Sequence record: MW057919.1
DNA: 64,000 nucleotides
Reading direction: 5' to 3' (one strand)
How positions within the stretch are numbered: position 1 is the first letter of the stretch; every line of letters begins with the position of its first letter. The notes below the pieces were generated by a model. That model had not been told where the DNA came from. It made no database searches and saw only the letters and a list, made by a program, of their open reading frames with translations. Position numbers and translations under genes: made by a program. This document shows, piece after piece, positions 9,776 to 19,479 of this stretch.

Positions 9776-10177
9776 ATGGAAATCACATTTCCATCTGTAA
9801 AAGAAGTAATGACAACTGATCCAGCATTTATTGATTTGGTTCTGAAAAGTAAATTACTTACTATCCGTAAAGCAATGATTGATGTTATTCGAAATATTGA
9901 GAATACATCACTAGCATCTAGTAGGCTTGTTAAACAGAAAAGCTATCCATATCAAACTACTTTCGAACTTGTATTTAACCCAAAGGTTTTTAAATGGTTT
10001 GATAAAACAGATGCTATCAATATTAAAAATATTCTTCATGCTGAAGTAGTTAACCAGGATTGGGAGAGTATTGATATTTCTTATAATGGTAGGGATATAC
10101 ATGGTTTTGAAAAAGTGACTATTGTATTAACTCCTATGAAAGATGAAGCTATTAAATATGATCTTTCAAAAGCATGA
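9776..10177 (+). CDS. hypothetical protein (133 aa)
   Basis: GAGGA SD. Confidence 0.85.
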   Translation: MEITFPSVKEVMTTDPAFIDLVLKSKLLTIRKAMIDVIRNIENTSLASSRLVKQKSYPYQTTFELVFNPKVFKWFDKTDAINIKNILHAEVVNQDWESIDISYNGRDIHGFEKVTIVLTPMKDEAIKYDLSKA

Positions 10178-10192
10178 ATTAAGATAACATAT

Positions 10193-10217
10193 ACCCTCCC
10201 CTTTATTGGGGAGGGAT
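10193..10217 (+). terminator. intrinsic terminator
   Basis: CCCTCCCC-TTTATT-GGGGAGGG. Confidence 0.8.
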
Positions 10218-10419
10218 TATTTACTTATATGTTTAATAGAATAAGGACTCTACCTTGGAATAATGCTAATGCTCTTCACCAGAGAAAAGAGATATATAGA
10301 TAGACGTATTACACATTATCAGGTTGAGTAGTAAATTAAAACAACCAATAATACGTTATTCAATATTGAAATAGTTGTTATAAAACATTTATATTAATCT
10401 AATACAGGAAATAAAGAAA

Positions 10420-11130
10420 ATGGGTGATTATGTATATTTAGAAACTCAAGCTAAAGTAAATAATGAATGGATTGGTATCGAAGATATTGAACTAACACAG
10501 AATTATGATCTTTATGCATATCTACTTGATATTCGCAATTATTGGGATGTAAAACCATTTGCTTACCATAATGGTGTTCCTGATGATCTGAAAAAGAAAC
10601 CAGAATGGTGGAGTAGTTATGATGATGATCCACGCTGTGATGCATGGATTAGTGGTGAAGCTATTCTAAAAGGTATGAGTGAGCTTAAACCAGTTACTAA
10701 AACAGTATATATGAGTCTATATACTTATATGTCCTGGGATCGTATGTCAGAACCAGATTGCTATTCACGGTATAGCCCACGTCTTGTAACAGATGAACCA
10801 AAAATTAATAAAATCTCTCAAAAACAATTACAGTATTATAAGAATTTAACTGAAAGTTTTTATTCTCTAAACCTTAAAGCTAATTATGATTGGAAGGTTA
10901 TCGACGGTCGGTTACAACGAGTCGGGCCTAAATGTGGTAAGAATCACCTACGTAATCTACGTCGAGTATCGCGTTATCTATCTTTCTGCAATGTTCCTAA
11001 TGAACCTATCAAAGTAACTTATACACTCACGGCTGATCAACAGCGAAAAGAATTTAAACCTTTTATTTATCAAGTCCGAAATGCCGTTCTTAAGTACGGT
11101 GATATCCGTCTTCTAATGAGGGTTAGATAA
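10420..11130 (+). CDS. hypothetical protein (236 aa)
   Basis: AGGA SD; TAATG coupling to next gene. Confidence 0.85.
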   Translation: MGDYVYLETQAKVNNEWIGIEDIELTQNYDLYAYLLDIRNYWDVKPFAYHNGVPDDLKKKPEWWSSYDDDPRCDAWISGEAILKGMSELKPVTKTVYMSLYTYMSWDRMSEPDCYSRYSPRLVTDEPKINKISQKQLQYYKNLTESFYSLNLKANYDWKVIDGRLQRVGPKCGKNHLRNLRRVSRYLSFCNVPNEPIKVTYTLTADQQRKEFKPFIYQVRNAVLKYGDIRLLMRVR

Positions 11131-11783
11131 TGGCAATGACAGCTATTGTCGGTAGTCGCTATGCCCCTACATGGGCCCTAGAATTGATGATACGCGCAGG
11201 AAGAACATTTGTTGATCTAGGTATAGGTATTTCATCAGGCGATGCATATGGATCAGATAGAGCTGGTTGGTATGGTGCAATTCAGTCTGATAAATGGGAT
11301 ACAGTAGAAAGTCGTATTTACATTATTCGAAATGGATTTCTTGGAAGACGAATTGAGAATCTAGCGTGGTTTCATGATGCCTCCGTATATACTGATACCA
11401 TTCCCACAGCTATGGCAATGGCCTGTGCAGCTCGGGGAAGTTTCAATGGTTTAGGTAGAACAGGTATTGAACTACATACTCGTAATGTATTTCAAATTCA
11501 TGGCCATACTTTACGTGAACCTGTTTCAACTATTATTGCATACGGTGAACAAAAGACACCAACCTCTGTAATTAGTGGTGGTACTAATACAGCGTGGCAG
11601 TTGGCATTAGATGCAAATGTGCCAACTATGTATAACCTATACTGGTCCGATGATGTAAAGAGACTAGAAGAATGGTTAAATAAAAATGAATCTGATGAGC
11701 CATATATGCCAATTGATTGGTCTGAAATCTTAGATCCTAGAGATAGCCGTCTACCTGAATTGATGGATGAATATAATAATTAA
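11130..11783 (+). CDS. SLOG-superfamily (DprA/Smf-like) protein
   Basis: AIVGSR, SSGDAYGSD, LHTRN, SGGT motifs. Confidence 0.7.
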   Translation: MAMTAIVGSRYAPTWALELMIRAGRTFVDLGIGISSGDAYGSDRAGWYGAIQSDKWDTVESRIYIIRNGFLGRRIENLAWFHDASVYTDTIPTAMAMACAARGSFNGLGRTGIELHTRNVFQIHGHTLREPVSTIIAYGEQKTPTSVISGGTNTAWQLALDANVPTMYNLYWSDDVKRLEEWLNKNESDEPYMPIDWSEILDPRDSRLPELMDEYNN

Positions 11784-11819
11784 TTTTCTCAAATGAATTA
11801 GTTATAATAGCCAAAATAA

Positions 11820-11841
11820 ACCCTCCTCTTAGTAGGAGGGT
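11820..11841 (+). terminator. intrinsic terminator
   Basis: ACCCTCCT-CTTAGT-AGGAGGGT then TTAT. Confidence 0.8.
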
Positions 11842-11886
11842 TTATATCGTCTCAAATTAGATTATCAATTAGAAAAGGAACATCAA

Positions 11887-12987
11887 ATGAATTATCGTAA
11901 TAGCAAACTTACGTTAGTCCAGCAGAAGTGGATTGATCGTTTTATCTCCATTGCTATGGAGGTTGATAATGGCCGTGCAATTTCCAATGCATATCGCTAT
12001 ACTCTTAATGAACAGGGAATTAGTTCAGATAGTGAAGATCTACGTATTCACTATCCTTTTGGAGTTGATAGAAAAGAATTCATCAAAGAACAAATTTACA
12101 AACTATGTGATGAAGTTATAAGCCCTTTAAATCTGAAAGCATTCAGAATTAGTGGTGGTTTTGCATTACTAGATGATGAAGGAATCATTGGTTTCCTAAT
12201 GAATGGAATGGAAGGTACCACTAGTCAGAACTTTAGATTATACTCCAATGAAGAACTGATCAAAGTATTTAAATTACGTTTTGAAGAAGTATTTGATCAG
12301 ACTCGTCCACCTAGTATTAAAAGAATTCGGGTTAACTATCAAAATAATGAACTATATAGCTTTAGTGAAGTTATTTCTGTTCGTAACTACAATCCAAATA
12401 TGATGGAAATGTATCCATTCCTAGATCGATCTCCAGCTGAAATCTGGACTGAATTCGCTGCATCTGAATCTAATGTTCTACTATTGATTGGTCCTCCTGG
12501 TACTGGTAAGTCTAATTATATCAATGAGATTATTCGGGCTCGTGGTTATAATGATCGTAATGTGTATCTAGCTGATCAAGATGATGTACTTGGCCACGCC
12601 GGTTTGACTAATTTTATTCGTGGTGTTGAGGATAATTCACTCATTATTACAGAAGACTCTGATAAAATGGTGGCTAAACGTGTAGATGGTAATAGTAATA
12701 TGTCAGGGCTATTAAATGCTACAGCTGGTCTAGTATCTACTAAGACCAAGATTATCATTTCTACTAATCTTCCGACTCTTCGTGATGTTGATGAAGCTTT
12801 AGTTCGACCTGGCCGTGCTTTCGATATTCTTACCTTCAAAACACTTACTGCTGAACAAGCGAATGCAGCTCGTTTAGCTAATGGTCTAGATCCAGTTGAG
12901 TTTGTCGGTAATAATCTTACTTTAGCTGAAGCATTGAATACTAGTTCTTGCAGTAGCCCACGCAAAGCAAGTCGTGTAGGTTTCTAA
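11887..12987 (+). CDS. AAA+ ATPase
   Basis: Walker A GPPGTGKS, Walker B LIITED, sensor IISTN, Arg finger ALVRPGRAFD. Confidence 0.9.
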   Translation: MNYRNSKLTLVQQKWIDRFISIAMEVDNGRAISNAYRYTLNEQGISSDSEDLRIHYPFGVDRKEFIKEQIYKLCDEVISPLNLKAFRISGGFALLDDEGIIGFLMNGMEGTTSQNFRLYSNEELIKVFKLRFEEVFDQTRPPSIKRIRVNYQNNELYSFSEVISVRNYNPNMMEMYPFLDRSPAEIWTEFAASESNVLLLIGPPGTGKSNYINEIIRARGYNDRNVYLADQDDVLGHAGLTNFIRGVEDNSLIITEDSDKMVAKRVDGNSNMSGLLNATAGLVSTKTKIIISTNLPTLRDVDEALVRPGRAFDILTFKTLTAEQANAARLANGLDPVEFVGNNLTLAEALNTSSCSSPRKASRVGF

Positions 12988-13094
12988 GGAAAAGTAAGCT
13001 GCTTTTAAACTAGCGAAGAAACATGAATTCCAACGTGTTATTTATAATCCTGATGACCTTAAAGTAAAGCATTATTTCACATACGGAGATCAGC

Positions 13095-13697
13095 ATGCAG
13101 CGCAATAATGACCCGCAGCAAGTAATCATGTCGATTGAGATGTACAATAGCCTACTGGCTATGGCTAATGATTCACCTCATTACACGACAAAACTTATCC
13201 AACGTCACGTGCGAAAGATGAATCCTTTTTTACAACCTGCACATCTAAAGAATGTCAGAACTAAGGAAGCTATTCGGTCCCAACGTATTCGTGAAGCTCG
13301 GGCTTTCTTCGAAGCCAATCATAGAAAAATTCTGTACGCAAAGGTTGATATGGGTAACTGTAAAAAAGGAGATGATCCGGTTTACTTCCCATGCATATCT
13401 GAACGTATTGCCAAGAATAGACAACTAATCCAAGTTCGTCATGCCAATGAAGTTGGTTATGGACGGTGCATCCGGTTGGTAGAGGCTAAATATCTCACAA
13501 CCATTATTCCTGATGGATATATCCAAGGAACTGGGCCGTATAAAAAATATCTTGTTAAAGAGAATGGTCCTTACGATATCCGTGAACAAGAAGAAAAACG
13601 TAAACAAGCTTTTTCGAGTGAGATAGCTAAGAAGTTTGAGTTCAAACATGATTCTTACGATATGGATAATCTCAAAAAGAATTATTATACACAATGA
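13095..13697 (+). CDS. hypothetical basic protein, paralog of 38106..38489
   Basis: GGAG SD; shared N-terminal pattern. Confidence 0.8.
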   Translation: MQRNNDPQQVIMSIEMYNSLLAMANDSPHYTTKLIQRHVRKMNPFLQPAHLKNVRTKEAIRSQRIREARAFFEANHRKILYAKVDMGNCKKGDDPVYFPCISERIAKNRQLIQVRHANEVGYGRCIRLVEAKYLTTIIPDGYIQGTGPYKKYLVKENGPYDIREQEEKRKQAFSSEIAKKFEFKHDSYDMDNLKKNYYTQ

Positions 13698-13788
13698 GAT
13701 TAGTATAAATGGACATTAGTTTATCTCCAGTATGAGTATTCCAACTTCTTAAATATTACTAAAGAGCAGACTATGAATATATCAGTGT

Positions 13789-14157
13789 TTGCTCTTTGGA
13801 GGTAATTACTCTGGAGCATCTAATATGTGTGCAATTCCTGTAATACCTGTATCAAATGACATCACTGTTATTAAGCCAGGTGATACAGTTTGGTCAACAG
13901 GTGTTCTCGGTATGAAAGCATCCTGTGAGCATCCACCAGCGCTATTCTGTATACGGGGTGATGAACTTGAAGTTCTAGAAATTAGCCCTCCCACGGAATA
14001 TGAGAAAAAAGCAATGTATAAGTGCCGCTTAAAAAGAGGCACTGGTCATTTCTGGATCTATCGTAGTGGGTTTACTAAAATAAAGCCATTTAATCACAAT
14101 ATGACTGGTTATGAGTTTTGGGATGGTGAGAAAATTAGAGAATATGGTGGGCATTAG
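13789..14157 (+). CDS. hypothetical protein, SH3/KOW-like beta-barrel pattern (start uncertain)
   Basis: IKPGDTV...RGDELEVLEI pattern shared with three other ORFs. Confidence 0.65.
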   Translation: MLFGGNYSGASNMCAIPVIPVSNDITVIKPGDTVWSTGVLGMKASCEHPPALFCIRGDELEVLEISPPTEYEKKAMYKCRLKRGTGHFWIYRSGFTKIKPFNHNMTGYEFWDGEKIREYGGH

Positions 14158-14168
14158 AGTAAAAGAAA

Positions 14169-14294
14169 ATGGCTAGCGAAAATAATAAATCAGACATGCA
14201 ACATGAACAAGAAGAACCACCCATATTCAAAATGCTTTTTCTAAGTGCAGTTATAGGTGGATCATTATGGGAAATAATTAGACAGTGGTTTTAG
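14169..14294 (+). CDS. small membrane peptide (41 aa)
   Basis: MASENNKSDMQHEQEEPPIFKMLFLSAVIGGSLWEIIRQWF. Confidence 0.5.
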   Translation: MASENNKSDMQHEQEEPPIFKMLFLSAVIGGSLWEIIRQWF

Positions 14295-14328
14295 CCACTG
14301 TCTTTATAATGTATTTTGAGTTATAAAA

Positions 14329-14493
14329 ATGTCCATAGAAAAAGCCTATTCCAATTTAATAGCTTCAATTAAAACAGTTAGAAAACATTTTCCTAAATTA
14401 ATTCAAGAGAAGAATTTAGATGAGGAATTACGACGGGAGTTTACGACTCCTATTCAATTCGACCCGACTAAGAAATCGGGAAACTCCTTTTGA
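14329..14493 (+). CDS. small hypothetical protein (54 aa), possibly frameshift-linked to next ORF
   Basis: MSIEKAYSNLIASIK...; ends TCC TTT TGA overlapping a +1 frame ORF. Confidence 0.5.
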   Translation: MSIEKAYSNLIASIKTVRKHFPKLIQEKNLDEELRREFTTPIQFDPTKKSGNSF

Positions 14494-14677
14494 TAACGAA
14501 CAGTCAGAAATGGATAAGTTAAAACCAATCGATGACTTTTGGAAAACTAAAACAATTAAACCATCAGATGCTTATTTAGAAAGAAAGAATGAGCAACTAA
14601 AGATGATTAATCCGCATAAAGTTTATAATCCATTCAATGAAAAAGATACGGTATTAAAACCTATTTCTAAATTATAA
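14420..14677 (+). CDS. hypothetical protein (start uncertain: 14420, 14510 or via frameshift)
   Basis: Open +1 frame relative to 14329 ORF; no clear SD. Confidence 0.55.
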   Translation: MRNYDGSLRLLFNSTRLRNRETPFDNEQSEMDKLKPIDDFWKTKTIKPSDAYLERKNEQLKMINPHKVYNPFNEKDTVLKPISKL

Positions 14678-14689
14678 AAAGGATTTACT

Positions 14690-15109
14690 ATGAAACAAGA
14701 TCATCAATTCTGGCATGATAAACCATTTTCAGAAAATGAAGTTAGGAAGAAACTTGGCGGATCGTCATTATCCAAACTAAGTACAGAACAGATTTTAGAA
14801 GAGTGGCGAACAGAACATATTGAACGTAATACTCCTTTAAGTAAAAGGCTATATGACATTCGTAATAAAGCCATCAATGATTACTCACTTACTGATAATC
14901 AACAAGTTAATAATTTGTTGCAATGTGCAGTGGATCAAGTCTTAGCAGATGTGATCATTATGTTAGATGGTTCAGTGCCACATAAGCAATTTCAAATTTC
15001 TGAATATGAAATTGAAATGGACAGTAAGGAATTATCGATTAAAGAACATACTCGTCCAATAACTGAAGATCTACTAAAAAATTATTTTGAATTGGTGAAT
15101 GGCAAATGA
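14690..15109 (+). CDS. hypothetical protein (139 aa)
   Basis: AAGGA SD. Confidence 0.85.
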   Translation: MKQDHQFWHDKPFSENEVRKKLGGSSLSKLSTEQILEEWRTEHIERNTPLSKRLYDIRNKAINDYSLTDNQQVNNLLQCAVDQVLADVIIMLDGSVPHKQFQISEYEIEMDSKELSIKEHTRPITEDLLKNYFELVNGK

Positions 15110-15450
15110 CTGAACGTATTCATTACTCAGATCGTAAGTTACCGCTGTGTTTTAAAGGTGTTTATGACATTCCAGTTGTAACCATCGAAAACTATTGTAA
15201 GTGGTATGGTCTTAATATTGTCTATCCAGATGGGCGTGTTGAATGGGTTGACACTGATTTACTTGCTGAAATAGAACGGGAAAGCAAGTTCGCAGTAATG
15301 GGTGATCACAACTATCATCCAATTCTGCTGGACAAAGTAGCTGAGAAGATTGGCGGGGCGGCATGTGATGTTGCACGTGAGTTGATGACTGGCCGTTGGG
15401 TACTAGAGGTTATGGACGGTGAAATCCCTGGTCAAGAAAAATTCTGTTAA
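15106..15450 (+). CDS. hypothetical protein (114 aa)
   Basis: ATGA overlap with previous stop. Confidence 0.8.
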   Translation: MTERIHYSDRKLPLCFKGVYDIPVVTIENYCKWYGLNIVYPDGRVEWVDTDLLAEIERESKFAVMGDHNYHPILLDKVAEKIGGAACDVARELMTGRWVLEVMDGEIPGQEKFC

Positions 15451-16003
15451 ATGGATGATTAAAATGGGTATTGATGTTTTCCCTGTAGTTACCAAACGTT
15501 CCACACGTTCTTCAGATGGTGCACGTGTACTTAAATTCATTGACATGCATACATGCGAGGCTCTTAACTTTAGCCGTTGCTATTATCTTTGGGATTGGTT
15601 AACCGATAATAATGAGTATACCAACCGATTCTGTCGACCGACTCTTAAAGGCTGTGGATTTGGTACACTCGTCAGTGATGACTCGCATCCAGTATGGAAC
15701 AACTTTGAAGGTCGCCTTTCACAAATTGTCAATTCCAAACAGGACAATCTAACACCGTACGCCTATTATAGTGAAGATGGTTGGTACCCACTTACAATGA
15801 TCTTCAATATGGAAGACCTCTGGAACTTCGATTATGATCAGAAGCCAACGATGTTCGATCAAGATGTTAATGGTGAAGTCATTTCGGAAAAAACCTATCG
15901 CCAGCTATTTTTGAGCAATGGTGTGGATGATGGTTATTTCAAGTTCCTGGAAGAAACTAAAAAGATGGAGTGTGTTCACTTCATCGCCCGATTCTGGGGA
16001 TGA
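15419..16003 (+). CDS. hypothetical protein (start uncertain)
   Basis: Long co-oriented ORF. Confidence 0.75.
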   Translation: MKSLVKKNSVKWMIKMGIDVFPVVTKRSTRSSDGARVLKFIDMHTCEALNFSRCYYLWDWLTDNNEYTNRFCRPTLKGCGFGTLVSDDSHPVWNNFEGRLSQIVNSKQDNLTPYAYYSEDGWYPLTMIFNMEDLWNFDYDQKPTMFDQDVNGEVISEKTYRQLFLSNGVDDGYFKFLEETKKMECVHFIARFWG

Positions 16004-16026
16004 TTACTTAACAGGAAAAGTTAAAA

Positions 16027-16596
16027 ATGGCTATTCTATCTGATAAAACAATCACTGACTTATCTAAAGGTCGTGAACCAATGATTACGGATTTCATTGG
16101 TCACCAGGTCCGTGAAAAAGATGGTAAAAAGATTATTAGTTATGGGCTTAGTTCATATGGGTACGATGTAAGGCTAGCCCGTAATTTTAAGATCTTTTCT
16201 AATGTAACAAGTGCAGTTATTGACCCATTAGACCCTAGTGATGGATTCTTAGTAGATTGGACTGGTGATTATTGTATTATTCCACCTAACAGTTATATTC
16301 TTGGTCATACTGTAGAATCGTTTAATATTCCAGATGATGTCCTAGCTATTTGCACAGGTAAATCAACCTATGCACGACTAGGTGCAATTGTTAATGTCAC
16401 TCCTATTGAACCAGGTTTCAAAGGACAAGTCGTTATTGAGATTGCAAACTGCACTACACTACCTCTAAAAATTTATGCTGATATGGGTATTGCTCAGTTT
16501 ATGTTCTTTAGAGGTGATGCCCCATGTGAAGTTAGTTATGCAAAACGTAATGGTAAATATCAAAATCAAATTGGTATCACAACAGCGAGACTTTAA
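16027..16596 (+). CDS. dcd: dCTP deaminase
   Basis: SYGLSSYGYDVRL, GKSTYARLG, TPIEPGFKGQVVIEI, IAQFMFF. Confidence 0.95.
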   Translation: MAILSDKTITDLSKGREPMITDFIGHQVREKDGKKIISYGLSSYGYDVRLARNFKIFSNVTSAVIDPLDPSDGFLVDWTGDYCIIPPNSYILGHTVESFNIPDDVLAICTGKSTYARLGAIVNVTPIEPGFKGQVVIEIANCTTLPLKIYADMGIAQFMFFRGDAPCEVSYAKRNGKYQNQIGITTARL

Positions 16597-16598
16597 TA

Positions 16599-16835
16599 AT
16601 GCTTAGTCCTAACCAAGAAAAGTTTGTCAGTCGGCTAACTGAAATTACAAAGGCATCTGATTCAGAACTTTGTGCAGTTAATGATACAATCTCATTTGAT
16701 ATTTCAACTGATAACATGCATGCTGAATTCTTTAATTTGGTTGCTGAACTGCATTTTAAGATTGTTCATATGTTTCCAATTAACCAATATAACACTCGTT
16801 ATCGGGTTGTTATTCATGAACCATTCTATCTATGA
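16599..16835 (+). CDS. hypothetical protein (78 aa)
   Basis: Starts 2 nt after dcd stop. Confidence 0.75.
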   Translation: MLSPNQEKFVSRLTEITKASDSELCAVNDTISFDISTDNMHAEFFNLVAELHFKIVHMFPINQYNTRYRVVIHEPFYL

Positions 16836-16878
16836 TTGACCAACATAGTGGTTTATACATTCAAAGCATTTTAAACAG

Positions 16879-16886
16879 TATATCAC
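16879..16886 (+). promoter_or_regulatory. early promoter variant TATATCAC
   Basis: Lies in a 34-bp block matching 42517-42550 with one mismatch. Confidence 0.75.
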
Positions 16887-16925
16887 AAATGTGATATAAT
16901 CAACATATATAGGAGATTCTAATAC

Positions 16926-17402
16926 ATGTCACGCAATACTATTTCTTCCTGGAGTGAACTTGGTTCAATGCTGGGTGTACAGCCGAAGCCGGTTCAGAAG
17001 AAACAGAAAAATCGAGCTAAAAAGAATCATGAAGCTGCGGTTCGTAAAAATTCTAGGGAAACCTTTATGGACATTGCTGCAAAACAAACTAAATCAAGTC
17101 CTAACTTCCGTAAGAACAAACAAAAAGATGTTCGTCATTGCAGTGTATGTGATAATATTAAACTAAAAGAAAATGGTATCGAAGAAGGGCGGGCCAAACC
17201 AATTGGTATGACCGAATTAGCTAAGTTCAAAGTTGAGCTAGCAAAAAATGGTCTTGAGCTATTCGGTTGTGAAGTACGTAAGCAAGAATCTTTTGCAGAT
17301 GCATTTTATGGTAATAATACCATTTGTGAAGAAACTGCAAAGCTGATTAAAGCATACCAGGAAGAGTTTGATTCAGTCTTCCGCCGCGCTATTACTGCCT
17401 AA
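16926..17402 (+). CDS. basic early protein with CxxC (158 aa)
   Basis: AGGAG SD; Lys/Arg-rich; own promoter and terminator. Confidence 0.85.
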   Translation: MSRNTISSWSELGSMLGVQPKPVQKKQKNRAKKNHEAAVRKNSRETFMDIAAKQTKSSPNFRKNKQKDVRHCSVCDNIKLKENGIEEGRAKPIGMTELAKFKVELAKNGLELFGCEVRKQESFADAFYGNNTICEETAKLIKAYQEEFDSVFRRAITA

Positions 17403-17408
17403 CGATAT

Positions 17409-17428
17409 AGGGGACCTTCTGGTCCCCT
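17409..17428 (+). terminator. intrinsic terminator
   Basis: AGGGGACC-TTCT-GGTCCCCT. Confidence 0.75.
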
Positions 17429-17459
17429 TAGTCATTATTATTTTTTTTGGATTTTAGCT

Positions 17460-17651
17460 ATGGATGATATTGAAAAGAAAATAGCCAAAATGGAAGCTCT
17501 ATTTAGGTACCATGGTATTACCGTTGATATTAACCATAAGTTGAAACCTAATGCTAAGACAAAATTAACTCGTGCGGAAATTAACCGATTACAAATACAA
17601 TATGATAAGCTTTTAGCTGAACGCGAAGAAGCTTTAAAAGCAATTCCTTAA
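17460..17651 (+). CDS. small coiled-coil-like hypothetical protein
   Basis: 63-aa ORF. Confidence 0.7.
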   Translation: MDDIEKKIAKMEALFRYHGITVDINHKLKPNAKTKLTRAEINRLQIQYDKLLAEREEALKAIP

Positions 17652-17655
17652 ATTA

Positions 17656-17886
17656 TTGAGGATTTATAAAATGTTCAAGCGCGTTATGAGATATATTCGT
17701 GTTTTGAAATTAATTGTTATTTTCTATGTTAGGCGACAACTGGGTTTACACGATTATTGTACACGAAAAAATACAATTGCATTAGATCGTGAAAATAATA
17801 AACGTGTTCAAATAAATGCTATTTCTCGTAAAGTCGAAGAAGCATTATTTAAAGTTGAACTAGCTGCGATAATGAGTAAGCGGTAA
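17656..17886 (+). CDS. basic hypothetical protein (start uncertain)
   Basis: Co-oriented ORF ending before terminator. Confidence 0.6.
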   Translation: MRIYKMFKRVMRYIRVLKLIVIFYVRRQLGLHDYCTRKNTIALDRENNKRVQINAISRKVEEALFKVELAAIMSKR

Positions 17887-17898
17887 TGTTGTCATAAA

Positions 17899-17943
17899 GC
17901 CCTCCCTTCGGGGAGGGCTATTGCACTAAATTTTATTTGAGAT
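17899..17943 (+). repeat. terminator + promoter-upstream cassette, copy 1
   Basis: 45 bp identical to 33064-33108. Confidence 0.9.
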
Positions 17944-17996
17944 CTACATTATAGATTAGCATATACTAATGGAAACATCTACATGAGGTAATTATC

Positions 17997-18296
17997 GTGA
18001 ACGAAGCTATTATTTCACTGGACCGCAGAGGAGCCCATCATTTAGGATCTCGCGGTTATCCAATTAGATCAATTGGAGATGTTACAGTATTTGATTTGAA
18101 TCATAATCAACTATATCCCAAAATCCATTCTCTTAAAGATCAAAATCATGATGGATGGCACTCCATTAGTGTTGATGATGAAAATGGAGTAACAGCATAT
18201 ACGTTTGTTTTGAATATGGATCTTAATCTAGGATGGCTAAGACCTAAGCAGCCTAATGTTGGTGGTGGATATATCAAAATCAAATTTGAACAATAA
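17997..18296 (+). CDS. hypothetical protein (99 aa)
   Basis: GAGGT SD, GTG start. Confidence 0.8.
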   Translation: MNEAIISLDRRGAHHLGSRGYPIRSIGDVTVFDLNHNQLYPKIHSLKDQNHDGWHSISVDDENGVTAYTFVLNMDLNLGWLRPKQPNVGGGYIKIKFEQ

Positions 18297-18314
18297 GCGG
18301 TGTGTACACCGCTT
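18295..18314 (+). terminator. intrinsic terminator
   Basis: AAGCGGTG-TGTA-CACCGCTT + TTT. Confidence 0.8.
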
Positions 18315-18345
18315 TTATTCCGTGTTTATACTCAAAAGGTAATTT

Positions 18346-19479
18346 ATGATTATGTTTAAGTACTTAAAAAATGTTATTGATATTTTTAACAAACCAAAAA
18401 AGGTAGATACATTAGAACAAAAGATAGCTAATCTAAATGATAAATACATCAGAGAAAATGTAGATGTTGATCAAATTGATATTCTGTCAGGTTATTTCAC
18501 AGGAATGCTATCTGGGAAATTACATGATCGAAGTTTAGTATGGGGTTATTATACCAAAGAAACTAAGACATGGATGATTTATTTTGTTGAACAAAATTTT
18601 GATTCATTCATGTATAAAGTAACTAATAATTCATTAGATATTATTAATCTAACTGATATAGAAGATCTTAAATTATTCTATTTCTCTAATGAACAATACA
18701 TACCTGTAAATACACCAATCAATAGTGATCTAAATGTGGCTGTAATTTTCACATCAAAACCACTCACTAAGGATTTCATTGATCCATCCTTAATAGATCA
18801 AGTTAAATCAGTTAATAGTAATTACAAGATTGTGATGGGTGGGTTATCTAATAATTCCAAATTTGATAGTAACCCAATAACTCTAATTGTAGAGTCTTAT
18901 GAAGCAGATGGTGATATCGTCGTAGTTGAACTAACTAATGGTACAACTGTGGCCATCAATAGAAAACTACTTAATATGTTTATGTATCAGTCAAGAATAG
19001 TTGATACATGTAATAACTCAAAAGTGCTTATAGATTTCAATGGACGGCTAAAGTTCACACCTATGGAGAATCATTTAGGTGGTATAAATAGTGCAATGCA
19101 TTATTGGTCAAGTAATGGAATTATCAAAATTAGGTGTGACTATAGTATCATATTAGATCTAGATAAGTTTCCAGAGATTGCTAATCATATTGGAAACTGG
19201 ATACATATTGAAGCTAAGACAATTGCAAAAGTAATTGACTCGGTTGTAGTACCATACTTAACAAATGGGGAGCTTAGTACGCTCATTGTTGATTTAGATA
19301 ATATCGATATTCAGTATCGTGGTTTAACATTATCTGGTAATATCAGCTTGCGTGATCGTTTAGATAAATGCAAAATCAAACTGATAAATCCATCAACTGA
19401 TCCATATGAGATACCTAGTCTAAATGGTAAACGTGATGTCCATGGTTTTTATAGAGTAGATGGAAGTTTATTAAAATGA
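18346..19479 (+). CDS. hypothetical protein (377 aa)
   Basis: AAGGT SD; no motif recognised. Confidence 0.85.
   Translation: MIMFKYLKNVIDIFNKPKKVDTLEQKIANLNDKYIRENVDVDQIDILSGYFTGMLSGKLHDRSLVWGYYTKETKTWMIYFVEQNFDSFMYKVTNNSLDIINLTDIEDLKLFYFSNEQYIPVNTPINSDLNVAVIFTSKPLTKDFIDPSLIDQVKSVNSNYKIVMGGLSNNSKFDSNPITLIVESYEADGDIVVVELTNGTTVAINRKLLNMFMYQSRIVDTCNNSKVLIDFNGRLKFTPMENHLGGINSAMHYWSSNGIIKIRCDYSIILDLDKFPEIANHIGNWIHIEAKTIAKVIDSVVVPYLTNGELSTLIVDLDNIDIQYRGLTLSGNISLRDRLDKCKIKLINPSTDPYEIPSLNGKRDVHGFYRVDGSLLK

Noticed and set aside
12998-13108. Coding-like open frame (AAFKLAKKHEFQRVIYNPDD...) between the ATPase and the next gene
   Set aside because: No start codon or recognisable homology; too weak to call a pseudogene
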